DNA from: Eledone cirrhosa
Taxonomy: Eukaryota
Length of the DNA stretch: 64,000 nucleotides
Assembly: GCA_964016885.1 (NCBI GenBank)
Contig: OZ024745.1
Location: forward strand, 38,440,001 to 38,504,000
Direction of reading: 5' to 3'
The notes under the pieces were generated by a model, which was given only the letters and a program-made list of their open reading frames with translations, searched no databases and was not told where the DNA came from. This document shows positions 40,865 to 53,769 of this stretch, one piece after another (within the stretch, counting starts at the first letter, position 1; each line of letters opens with the position of its first letter). The translations under genes and the position numbers were made by a program.

Positions 40865-41375
40865 ATATATATATATATATATATATATATTAGTGTTTTA
40901 TATATTTAACAAATTTATGGTGAAAATATTTTGCTAATCCTTTTTGTCACTTTCATAATTTTTAAGTCTAATGACGCAAATGGTTGTATCCTTGTTATCA
41001 CTTGGGAAACCTTACACGTATGGTGAATTGTAGCGGATAAACCCTGCAAGATTTCCATGTTTTCCTGTCCTAACATTACAATTGTTAGACACCGGGACAC
41101 ACATTGCATTACAAAGGAATTAGAAAGAAAATAGATACTAGTTTTTCATTGACTACACATTAGAGGTTTCTTTCCCTTATACGTTATAACGTTATCATAA
41201 GTTAATGTTTAGTTAACTATCATGAATTTATACTTATACTAACTTTGTCCATAGCTGGTGGTGATGGTAATACTCTCAGTACCTTTAAAACTGATATTAT
41301 ATGTATTCATAATCATCAAATACAGAAGTACGCCACCCATTACATTTGGTTTGGATAAAATTGAGTTCATTATAT

Positions 41376-41603
41376 TGGCGTAAGGTTGATTGGCTGTATC
41401 GGTAGGGGGTCGGACGTCATGCTTTGCAGCATAGAGTAACGGCTCTTTATGATCTGAGCTCAAATCCCGCCGAGGTTAACTTTGTCTTTCATCCTTATGG
41501 GGTCGATAAAATAAAGTACCGGTCACGCACTGGGGTCGATTTAATCGACTTTCTCCTCACCCCAAATTACTGGCATTGTGCCTATATTAGAAACCACTAT
41601 ATT
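41376..41603 (+). mobile_element. Full-length tRNA-derived SINE (Meta/MESC-core-like)
   Basis: Head ttggctgtatcggtag, B-box-like gagctcaaatccc, core and tail. tatattggcgtaag is repeated at both ends (probable TSD). Confidence 0.8.
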
Positions 41604-42776
41604 GGCGTAAGAAAAACTGATGATATATTATATAATATTTAGCATTGCTATTGTAACTCAAGAGAATTGCTATTGTAACTTCAGAGATTGGGCCCTTAAA
41701 TTATAGGTGCAGTCTCAAAATTGAGATCTAAATAATTTTGGTTCACCGACTTTTTCACAGGCTTGTGGCGAACTAAAGATATTGTAAATTATTCTTAACA
41801 CAAATGCTAAGGATTAGGATCGAACAGAAGTAATTATGATACTAAATTGAAATTCCAGACGATTACGGCAGCAGAACTGGAATATTATTAGAAAATCCTC
41901 GCTGTCCACCCCTAACAATTCCAGCAGCGACGAGAAGGCAGCTGCCTTTGAGCGACCCTTAATCATCACAGTGAAAGCAGAATGTCGTGTGAGGCGATGG
42001 CAATGAGGTGGCATTACAATGAGTGGAGTTGAAAATAGATTTTACATCGAATGGTCCTATCATTTTACGCTCAATAGTTTCTTGTCACCTATACATCTAT
42101 ACGAGAAACGAGACGATTCCTTACATTGTTACCATTGAATATGCCTTGTTTATGTTCATCAGATTTACAAATCATAACAATATCATTTACAATTGAAAAA
42201 GAGTGAGGTTCCTATCTAATGCTGATAGATGTGTGATAGATTTATCACAGTTAATAAGGAAGAAAAATGTATTATTGTTGTCATATTTAAGATGTTTTAA
42301 ATCCCCTGCAAACTGTTTTAAGTGATTTTGTTATAAAAAGTACTAGATGTTATGTATATTTGTTTAATTTTCAATGTGGGATATTTGGTACTAGTTGTAA
42401 CAGATTTTATTTGGATACATTTGTTTGTATATTATGTACATATTTTAAAGTTTACATAGTTAATCAAAGTTTTAGCATGAATACATATGAAAATCCACAG
42501 AAATGCTGTTTCTTATGGAAGATATTTTTACTTACACATATAAAACTGAATTTATGTTTAAGGTGTTGTTGAATGACAGTTTAACAATAGCTTTTATTTA
42601 TTTATTCTTTTATTTTTTGGATGTTTCACATTTTTACCCGTTGGAAATCTCTAGTTTTACTTAATATTTTTTACGTTTAGGACCAGCTGGCTATGATTTT
42701 GTTGAATAATGAATGCAAAATATCATGTAGCCAGATAAACAATATGTACAAGGCATTGGTAAATAAATATATACAT

Positions 42777-42895
<119 letters not shown>

Positions 42896-43115
42896 CAATA
42901 TATATATATATATATATCAATACTATTATTGGAATTATCCCTTTAAATGAGTAGATACTTTCTAACGAGGAAAGCAAGCTATAGTCCTACTTTTATATAA
43001 CAGAAGCAGGAAAGAATTCATATGTTAAACTTTAAATAAGTCTTCAATAATTATACTCATCTCCTTATAGATTGTATTTAGGAAGTCTTTTCTTATTTTG
43101 TCATTTTTTTTTACC

Positions 43116-43729
43116 CGAATTATTAGCAGTACAGTGTTCGGCAAACATCGCTGCCCTATTTGTTCAACACTGACAAAGGAACGATGAAATAGTTTCTAGC
43201 TTATATCTGTCTTCAGCTATACATATATGTATGTACGTATACATACTTACATTTAAGTATCAGCCGTACTAAGAGTGAGAAATGAAATTTCATTTTTTCC
43301 ATTTATCGCGTTCGGTACGCCCGGCCGACTAAGTCACTCGATATACAAAATAGGCTGCTCAGACGTTAATATGCATACGAGAAGTATATACTTTCAAACG
43401 TTCAATCAACTGAGAGGAAGGTATACGGTGCTGATGACAGCTAAGAGGCTAGAAACTAGTTCATCGTTCCTTTGTCAGTGTTGAACAAATAGGGCAGCGA
43501 TGGTTGCCGAACACTGTACGGCTACTAATTCCGGCTGTTTGTTTACAAACAATCCGAGCATTATAATAAATGTTCGGTAAAACCATACATACATATATAT
43601 ATGTGTGCATGTATGTATGTATATACATACTACTGTATGTCTGTATACATATATGTATGTACGTATACATACTTACATTTAAGTATCAGCCGTACTAAGT
43701 GTGCGAAATGAAATTTCGTTTCTTCCATT

Positions 43730-43732
<3 letters not shown>
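43116..43732 (+). mobile_element. Retrozyme-like element: 426-nt monomer with ~88-nt direct terminal repeat and inverted 5' piece
   Basis: 43218-43306 is repeated at 43644-43732. 43116-43216 is the reverse complement of the HHR region. Ends in (TA)n. Confidence 0.85.
43425..43467 (+). ncRNA. Type I hammerhead ribozyme (degenerate mirror copy ~43181-43216 -)
   Basis: acggtg CTGATGA c-agct aaga ggct-a GAAA ctag TT catcgt. Extended stem gttcaa..ctgagaggaa / ttcctttgtcag..ttgaac. Confidence 0.85.
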
Positions 43733-43762
<30 letters not shown>

Positions 43763-43919
43763 TATCGAGAATCGGAACCTCGGCCCACGAAATAACGAAA
43801 CACAATCTTCGAAATGTGTGGCAAAGTGCTCAATAGTTTGGATAAACCAGAGCTATAACTAACTTATAACCCTTATTTATATATATATATATAAGAGATA
43901 GGTAGAGAGAAATTGATAA

Positions 43920-43977
<58 letters not shown>

Positions 43978-44422
43978 AGAGAGAGAGAGAGAGATTATAT
44001 ATGGATGTATTTCAATTAAATTTGATTGGAAGTTATTAGAATGTGTGTTGTGATATAGCTTTAAACAAACAAACCACGGGGACAATATTGCTTTTGGTGA
44101 TGGTGTAGAGTTTCTGTACACGTCCATCGTTAGGCTCCATTATTAGTATAGAAACGGAACATGGATTACTATTAGTATTTAGATGAAATGCTGATTAATT
44201 AGATTAAAACATCATTAATGATGAGAAAATATTGTCATTGAATTTAAATATTTCTGTCTTCAGTGATGTGATTGTTGACAGAATCCATTTATATTTTTTC
44301 CGTTTATGATATTTAAAATTCAAACAGGATCCAACATACTTGCATTAATAAACATTATCTTCTATATACATTCAAGTTTTTTGTATTGATACTCACATAT
44401 TAAATTGTGAAATACCCCACCT

Positions 44423-44466
<44 letters not shown>

Positions 44467-44477
44467 TATATATATCA

Positions 44478-44734
44478 CCTTGACTACCTTAACCGACCAG
44501 TCTGTCGGGCGCCAATGGGCGCCGCTGGTCACAGCACGTCATGCTGTTTTAGCCATAAGATAACGCCATCCCACTGGCTGGGCGGGCAGGCTGGTACTCA
44601 TTTCTACAGGTGAGTAAACTGGAGCAACGTGAAATAAAGTGTCCCGCTCAAGGAAACAGGACATCATCCGATCCGAGAATTGAACTCACAGCCTTTCGAT
44701 TGCAAGCCCAATGCTCTAACCACTAACCCATGCG

Positions 44735-44737
<3 letters not shown>
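44478..44737 (-). mobile_element. tRNA-derived SINE, full length
   Basis: Reverse strand: tgggttagtgg A box, gagttcaattc B box, ccttgagcgggacactttatttcacgttgctcc. Matches the 9273 copy. Confidence 0.75.
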
Positions 44738-44807
<70 letters not shown>

Positions 44808-44810
44808 TAC

Positions 44811-44841
<31 letters not shown>

Positions 44842-44853
44842 TATATAGTATAC

Positions 44854-44884
<31 letters not shown>

Positions 44885-44890
44885 GTATAC

Positions 44891-44985
<95 letters not shown>

Positions 44986-44993
44986 TATAGTAT

Positions 44994-45062
<69 letters not shown>

Positions 45063-45379
45063 TATAGTAGCAGTAGTAACGCACTGACATGTCGTGATGC
45101 ATAGCAAGGGTTGGTTATTGAAGTTTATTTGTAATAACCATGTTTTTTTACCTTGAAAAATGTTTTTGTAATTGGCTGTGGTCATATCACTGTTCTTATT
45201 GTCAAGAAAAGGTGAACGCCCAACGGCGAAGTGTTTCGATTTGTATCCGTAATCGAAGAGGCTTACTCCGTCCTTTCTGAGATAAAATATGGTGGCTGTC
45301 ATGAATTAATAAGCTGTTGTAGTGCACGGACCTAGCGTGGAACGTAAGAAGAGAAATAAATGGCAACGAGGCAAAAAAT

Positions 45380-45536
45380 AATGGCAGTAACGGTAGAAGG
45401 TCGGACGTCATAGTTTGCAGCAAAGAGTTACGCCCCTCTACCGTCTGAGTTTAAATCCCACCGAGGTCGATAAAATAAAGTACCAGTAATGCGCTGGTAT
45501 AATTGCTGGCCTTGTGCCAAAAGGAGAAACAATTAT
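45380..45536 (+). mobile_element. SINE (Meta/MESC-like), internally deleted
   Basis: Head, gagtttaaatccc, gtcgataaaataaagtacc, and tail. Confidence 0.78.
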
Positions 45537-45777
45537 ATGTAAACACTTCGTATATGTTTTAATATGCAACACTTTTGTATCTTTTCACGCCCATATTTGT
45601 GTATTACTACGTATAGTAATAACTAAACAACAAAACGAATGGAAAGCTATACTAATACATTGATGTAAAAAACAACAAGGACACGCGTTTTTATTGGTAC
45701 ATGACCCTTCCGGGATCTTCAGGAGATCCCGTCAAGGGTGAAAGCAGTGATTATTTGCTTAAACTTTAATCTGTTAT

Positions 45778-45826
<49 letters not shown>

Positions 45827-45829
<3 letters not shown>

Positions 45830-46842
45830 TAGCAGCAGTAGCCAGCGTTGCCTAGGTAGGTAAAATAATATCTGCTTTGATGAAAAGGTGTTGATCTTAG
45901 CTACTGCTTCTCGATGACTCTTCGATGGTCACACACAGGCCATGCGGGGGAGGGTGGAGCTGACCTCTATCACTGAGAAACGCGGATAACTGACGAAGGG
46001 GCATGCTGCGGAAGGGAGGTAATGACCACTAACACTAAGCCACATTTCCTCACTCTACTTGATTGGAAACCGATGAATTTACAAATACACAACTAAAAGC
46101 TCAGACGACGTCAGTGGCCATTGTTTTGCCTTTGGCACTCTATAAGATGTGTAATTATAGGTTCTATCGTAGCATAAAAGTTGAACCAAATAAATTGATT
46201 TATGCGTAAGGTGGAGCCGAAGTTTTGAATTTGAAAGACATCGATTGAAAAAAGTGTGAGCTAGAGCCGAAAAGGCGGAAATTTGAGCGAAAAGGTGATA
46301 TTTTCGAATATTTAAGCGGCTGCCACGCCGTTCTTGAACAAAAAATGAAAAATGTAAAGCCTCTTTAAGACGTGAAATAATCAGATGTAGCGTAGTGTAA
46401 AATCTGAACAAAGTAGGTTGATTAATGTGGGAGCTAGAAAAAAGAAATTGGAAAGCTGAGTCTAAAAGTGTTAATTTTGAATATTTAAGCGGCTGCCACA
46501 CCGTCCCTGAACAATAAATGCAAGATATAAAGACATTACAGGATGTGCAATGATAAATTCTATTGTGCTTTAATATGTGAGCGAAATCGCTGGCAAAATG
46601 TGGGAGCTACAGCTAAAAATCTTATTGTTCGATACCTAAAAAAAGGTGACCCCTATAGATTTTTATCTGCAGAATGACGCCGGAATAAAAAACCGATACG
46701 CTGATATACAGGAAACCCTCCCCGATGAGTAATCTATCAGCCTGTAAAGTTTCATGAAAATCGGTCGTAAGGTGTAGGCCCCTATAGGTAATAGGCAGAC
46801 AGACAGACGCACACACACAAACACATACTTAATGTTATATAT
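45827..46842 (+). mobile_element. Helentron-associated (HINE/DINE-like) non-autonomous element
   Basis: 5' tactagcagcagtagccagcgttgcctaggt. 3' aaagtttcatgaaaatcggtc followed by a (GACA)/(CA) microsatellite. Internal ~180-bp diverged duplication (gaatatttaagcggctgccac at 46306 and 46479). Confidence 0.6.
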
Positions 46843-46940
<98 letters not shown>

Positions 46941-47265
46941 GCAAAAGTTCTATTTAAAATTGTTGGGATACAACAAGTTAATATTTTTATAATTGATATA
47001 AAGCACTCGAAAAGTTTTTGGAGTAGATATACGATATTAATAAATGAAGACTATATTTTTAAAATCATATTTATTTCATTATACATATTTCAGGGATACC
47101 ACATTAAATTATGGTATGCCAAAGAGTACGTCAAAGCTATTTGTAAAACTGTTATATATTGTATTTTGTCTGATGAAGGCATACCGTAATTTAATGTGGT
47201 ATCCCTGAAATATGTATAATGAAATAAATATGGTTTTATAAATATAGTTTCCATTTATTAATATC

Positions 47266-47271
<6 letters not shown>
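46941..47271. mobile_element. Fold-back HHR element with ~93-bp inverted arms
   Basis: 47027-47120 versus 47178-47271. In (TA)n. Confidence 0.82.
47162..47226 (+). ncRNA. Type I hammerhead ribozyme
   Basis: tattttgt CTGATGA aggcatacc..ggtatccct GAAA tatgta TA atgaaata. Confidence 0.87.
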
Positions 47272-47325
<54 letters not shown>

Positions 47326-47660
47326 CTATATCCAAAATTAAGATAAATAAAATCCAGATGACGATTTGAACTCAGTGTGTGAGCATGGATAGTTGTACAT
47401 TATTCTTCCTTGTTGACAATTCAACAATATCCACTTTCCGTGACTTACCATCTGATTAATTGGTGAAATATATTTATTTAATGGGATATATACAAGGAAG
47501 GTTAATCACACTTAAAGGTATAAATTTAATTATTACCCAAACTAGCTATGCGTGGTTACACGCTTGTAAAAATTATCTCCTGTGATTATTCATGTATGTT
47601 TATATGTTAATCAATTTCTACTTGTTATATATATGTATAAATATATATATATATATATAT

Positions 47661-49760
47661 ATACATTATGAAGAGAGAAGAAACATTTAGATATAATTAG
47701 TAATAAAATGTATCATACCTAAACTGTTCCTAAATTCCTCGACTACGTAGTTTCGTGGCATAAACAAAAACAATATATCAAAGATATAGAGTCCTTGCGA
47801 GGTCTGCCGACTTATCAAGAGGATACCTCATTTTACTAGTCTCAAGAACGCGTCTACACGACGTGAGAAAGAATCCCAAAAGGCGGAGGGGGAGACAGTC
47901 ACGCGATATAACGGTCGAGAAACAGAGCTAAGCCTCTTATAACCACGAAGAAAATACCACGGAGGCGGAGGGGGTATTCATATCGAGGCCGTAGAAGAGG
48001 TAGTGAAGAAGGCGAGAAGTATGAGTAATGGAAGCTTTCCAGTTGTCCCCACACTTCAAAGATTGCTCGACCAGAGGGAGTTATTAATATATTTAGAAAC
48101 ACACAGATACATGCGGACACACACATATATACATGAATGCATCCGCACCCAACTGTGAGTTAAGGGTGCCAACTTCACCGATGTTGCTCAATGAATGACT
48201 GGGACAGACTAATTCAGTTTGAACCAGACTGAACCAGTATCAGAGTTAAAAATACATTATGAAGAGAGAAGAAACATTTAGATATAATTAGTAATAAAAT
48301 GTATCATACCTAAACTGTTCCTAAATTCCTCGACTACGTAGTTTCGTGGCATAAACAAAAACAATATATCAAAGATATAGAGTCCTTGCGAGGTCTGCCG
48401 ACTTATCAAGAGGATACCTCATTTTACTAGTCTCAAGAACGCGTCTACACGACGTGAGAAAGAATCCCAAAAGGCGGAGGGGGAGACAGTCACGCGATAT
48501 AACGGTCGAGAAACAGAGCTAAGCCTCTTATAACCACGAAGAAAATACCACGGAGGCGGAGGGGGTATTCATATCGAGGCCGTAGAAGAGGTAGTGAAGA
48601 AGGCGAGAAGTATGAGTAATGGAAGCTTTCCAGTTGTCCCCACACTTCAAAGATTGCTCGACCAGAGGGAGTTATTAATATATTTAGAAACACACAGATA
48701 CATGCGGACACACACATATATACATGAATGCATCCGCACCCAACTGTGAGTTTTCTCGACCGTTATATCGCGTGACTGTCTCCCCCTCCGCCTTTTGGGA
48801 TTCTTTCTCACGTCGTGTAGACGCGTTCTTGAGACTAGTAAAATGAGGTATCCTCTTGATAAGTCGGCAGACCTCGCAAGGACTCTATATCTTTGATATA
48901 TTGTTTTTGTTTATGCCACGAAACTACGTAGTCGAGGAATTTAGGAACAGTTTAGGTATGATACATTTTATTACTAATTATATCTAAATGTTTCTTCTCT
49001 CTTCATAATGTATTTTTAACTCTGATACTGGTTCAGTCTGGTTCAAACTGAATTAGTCTGTCCCAGTCATTCATTGAGCAACATCGGTGAAGTTGGCACC
49101 CTTAACTCACAGTTGGGTGCGGATGCATTCATGTATATATGTGTGTGTCCGCATGTATCTGTGTGTTTCTAAATATATTAATAACTCCCTCTGGTCGAGC
49201 AATCTTTGAAGTGTGGGGACAACTGGAAAGCTTCCATTACTCATACTTCTCGCCTTCTTCACTACCTCTTCTACGGCCTCGATATGAATACCCCCTCCGC
49301 CTCCGTGGTATTTTCTTCGTGGTTATAAGAGGCTTAGCTCTGTTTCTCGACCGTTATATCGCGTGACTGTCTCCCCCTCCGCCTTTTGGGATTCTTTCTC
49401 ACGTCGTGTAGACGCGTTCTTGAGACTAGTAAAATGAGGTATCCTCTTGATAAGTCGGCAGACCTCGCAAGGACTCTATATCTTTGATATATTGTTTTTG
49501 TTTATGCCACGAAACTACGTAGTCGAGGAATTTAGGAACAGTTTAGGTATGATACATTTTATTACTAATTATATCTAAATGTTTCTTCTCTCTTCATAAT
49601 GTATTTTTAACTCTGATACTGGTTCAGTCTGGTTCAAACTGAATTAGTCTGTCCCAGTCATTCATTGAGCAACATCGGTGAAGTTGGCACCCTTAACTCA
49701 CAGTTGGGTGCGGATGCATTCATGTATATATGTGTGTGTCCGCATGTATCTGTGTGTTTC

Positions 49761-49765
<5 letters not shown>
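47661..49765. mobile_element. Retrozyme-like array: 591-nt monomer, ~1.85 copies (-) joined to ~1.7 copies (+)
   Basis: Period 591 (identical ORFs at 47899/48490 and starts at 49139/49730). Inversion point at ~48751. (TA)n at both ends. Four HHR motifs. Confidence 0.9.
48851..48938 (+). ncRNA. Type I hammerhead, U3:A8 core variant (also 49442-49529 +, 47736-47823 -, 48327-48414 -)
   Basis: tcctc TTGATAA gtcggca...tgccac GAAA ctacgtag TC gagga. Confidence 0.85.
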
Positions 49766-49811
<46 letters not shown>

Positions 49812-49813
49812 GT

Positions 49814-49860
<47 letters not shown>

Positions 49861-50259
49861 AACAAAATGTCCTACGCCATCTTGTTTGTGCGTGTGTTGT
49901 GTGCTTATTTTGCACATGTGTTACATCCGGGTGTCTGCGTGTGTGTTTATTTGTTTATTTATTTGTTTATTTACATGTTACTAGTTGGGTGTTTGTTCTA
50001 TGTGTGTGTGTGTTTTCATTTTGTCCTTAATTGTAAGTTGTGATGTTGCTATTCCATTCATGTTTTCTATTTAATTTTGGTAGTTCATTTATGTTTATTA
50101 CCTCTGTGATTTGTCTAAACATTGCGTCTTTTCTGTGTGTAGATTTTATTTTAATTTCTATGTTCTCTAATTTGCCCTTGTGTTCTATTTAGCATGTTGG
50201 TGGAGTACTGATGAGTCTTTTCTATCTTGAAGGTGTCGTCAGTGTTCATTTAATCCCCG

Positions 50260-50302
50260 GTCACTGATGAGGTGACAGAATGTGCGACGAAAGAACTTTG
50301 AC
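50260..50302 (+). ncRNA. Degenerate type I hammerhead (related copy ~50651-50698 -)
   Basis: gtca CTGATGA ggtgacagaatgtgcgac GAAA gaac TT tgac. The opposite copy has the perfect stem gtcaca/tgtgac but core GTGAAGA. Confidence 0.6.
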
Positions 50303-50514
50303 AATATATGAACAACCATCCGGTTGTGGAACCAACCAACCAACCGGAAATTTATACTTTTTTTAAAATGTATAACTTAATTTATAATAAATTGGACTGA
50401 AAGCGGATGGTGCGTGTGTTTCTTATTAGCAACATGACCCTCCAAAGTATAACAATATAGGCTTCAATACGCGTTTTCAGATAAAGTATCTTGCTAAAGA
50501 AATTCAGAAACGAA

Positions 50515-50545
<31 letters not shown>

Positions 50546-53500
50546 TACAATAGAAGCGACATGCTGCCAATAAAAACGCGCGCAAACCTGTTGGATTTCA
50601 CTTCAATATTTTAGTATAGGTTCCCATTCGGTTGGTTGTTTAGTTATTGATTGTCATCAAATTTCTTTCGTCACACATTCTGTGACGTCTTCACTGACTA
50701 CTATTGTTCCTTTTTTTATGTCTCCTCTGTGTAGTCGTATACACGATTCCACGCTAAATGTATTGATGTTTTCATGAATATTCACCTCATCGCATGCATT
50801 TTATCTAAAAACCAGTGATTCGTTGATCCACACAATATATTGTGGTTGTTGACATTGCAAATAGATACTATATAATCCCCAAGGAGCTTGAAAAAGAACA
50901 ATCGGTAAAGAAAGTGTGAGAGTAAAGGAAATTGAGAAAGTGTGAGTCTGAGTGTGTGAGTGAGAAAGGGATAGAGATGGGGCGGTTATAAATAAAGTCA
51001 AAATGGCAGAGTTAGAAATATCTATATTTTATTATTTCTATAAATGCATGTGCCCACATTATCTCAAACATATTTCGTTGTGTATAATAAACGTTTTCTT
51101 TTTCCATTTAACGAAACCAGTAACCGACTATGTTTATTGAGTTGTAGACATACATTGAAATTGAAACTCACTTTCCATTTTCACCCCGTATGTAATAAAT
51201 GATTGATAGTGTGGTCCCAAGTACATTCCATATAATATAACACAGTTCTGTTGGCATCATAAAATATCACATTTGGTATCTTATATCATCCTTTACATAT
51301 AACCCTACGTGCATACATATATCCGTATATTACATACGCTTATATTTTGAAGTAATGGTACACCTAATCTAAATGCTCACGAATCGACGACATACGATAT
51401 CGCCCCTATGACACCGAATGTTGAAAGCCCACCGAGATGTTAAATAAAGGATGGTCAATCGTATAACTAAAGATGAACAAACTTTCCTGGGGGGAAACTA
51501 TACACATCGAGTATACTTGACCATTTCTATAAATGAGAAATAATCTTTAATATTTTTGTAGTTTAGTGAACGTGTAATGAAAAATTACAGTCACGGTTTA
51601 CTTAAATAATTATTTTCACATTTTACACAAGGCCAACAATCTGGAAAAAAGAGGAAAGTCGACGAAAGGCACGCCAGTGCGTTACTGATATTTTATTTTA
51701 TGGAGCACATAACGATGTAAGACAAGGCTAAGATTGGTGACATTTGAACTCAGAACTCACAAGACATTTTGTTTGACGCAATAACAATTCTGTCTTCTAA
51801 TCCCCCAAAGGCTTACTGAAATGTTAGAATATGTTAATATATGTATGCAATTATAGTGTAAGAAGAAGCAGTCGCAAACAACGTGAGCCTAATGAGGTAT
51901 TTATTTATGTAACGTTGCACAAGGGAAACGTAAAATTTCTGATGTCAGGTGGACAGATAGAACAGACGGTAATATGAATATATGGAGATTATTCCAATGT
52001 ATGCTAACATAGAACAAACCAACACGATGACACATGTTGTTGTCATTCTTTCACGGCGTATGCTAGTCCTACAGCACTGTGAATAACTAGCAAACAGTCG
52101 GAAGGAAGAGAATGTGAGTATATGAAGAGTAATTTTTCATGAGGAATTACTAGATTTGAAAACGAAAATCAGTGTTGAAAGTAAATGAGTTTGATACTTT
52201 TCTTCACACATGATTCTTGACTTGGCAGACGTACAAGCTGGTCTTTCTGATCTCACTGAGAGCTGCACAAAACCTGGTAACCAACCCCCACAACGTAAAG
52301 CAAATTACCTATCATCGATGTGATAGATATTTCAATAATCTATGGAAACAGTCTATCATTGGTTCTGTATATTTTATGATAAAGACACTGCCATTTATTT
52401 GTTAAATGTTCACTAGTTATGGATTAAGGTATGTGTCACTAACAGCCATTAATATATTCCCTAATTAATTTATGCCAATGGAAGGATCTATTCTTTCTGA
52501 TATATCTTAGTAAACTTATTTTCAACTGATGGTATTTGTAAAATAATGTTCATATTTAATAGCTCTATATATAACCCTAATTTCCAAAGGTTTGAATCAG
52601 TGATCAATGTGTCTGGGTTATAAAATCCATGGGCACAACATTTCTCTCAATAAATCAATAAATCATTGTATATAAATAATATGAATTCAGACGTTAATCA
52701 AAATATCAGTGTAGATTGTATTAAACAGCATAAGCATCCGTCCCAATATGTTCAAATGTTACAATATTTATTTCTGTAAACTGTAAAATCTGAATACAAT
52801 GATATAAATAAGAAATAATTGTCATGGCAAATATTACAGTACCAAAATTCTAAACATTATGGCATCTGAAAGAAAGTCCTACCGTTTTGTATGAAGTAAA
52901 CAAGTCTAATATTTTTCTTCGAATTAAGGGAGAAACGCCATGTAGTATTTTAGGAAATAGCTGGCCAACAGTTATGAATGACGTGTTTAAAATGTTTCAT
53001 CGCGAATATATATTGCTTTTGTAACATGGTTATAACATTTATTTTATTATACAGCATCGTTGGTTACTTGGATTCTGCAACAAAGGATTCCTATAAAGCG
53101 AGGAAATCCTGGCATCCTTAAGAGACCAGAACCACTTGATTCGAATATTCAACATCTTATTATTGATCAATGAAGATTTGTATAACACTTGAAAGAATCT
53201 ACATTTGATTCTATAGGAACATACACTATGATTGCATATATTCGTACACGTACAAATACGCACACGCAGCTCAACCATGCACAGTATTCTAAGAGAATTT
53301 GATTATTTACAAACGGGTGCAACCGCCTTGATTCAAATAAGAAAGCCATGTCAAGTTCGTAGCGAAGTCGGTTATCTGTTTTATTAAGGATTTCAATGCA
53401 TAGTTAAATTGTAAGAGCGTGTTTTCATATACATGTGTATGCATATGCGTGCGGGTGTGATATATATATATATATATTATTGTATGTATGTTCTTCTGGT

Positions 53501-53769
53501 TTTATAATTTCACAAAAGTTTTCCCAATATAGAGAGAGTCGGTTTCTAACATAGACACAAGAACCTCTCATTGAAATTTACACAACATCAACTAGGTAGA
53601 TATGTATATATGTCTACATGCATACATGTGTAGATATTGATGTTATTGTATGTGTGGATGTGGATGTTTTGAGTTGTATGTGTGCATGTGTATATGCTTT
53701 GTATCAGTACATATATATATGTAGTTATTAGATGCAACATTTTTGGATTGTTTTACATATTTTTACCGT

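Noticed and set aside
47899-49366. Identical 75-aa ORF present three times
   Set aside because: A by-product of the 591-nt repeat, with a non-ATG start and no recognisable domain.
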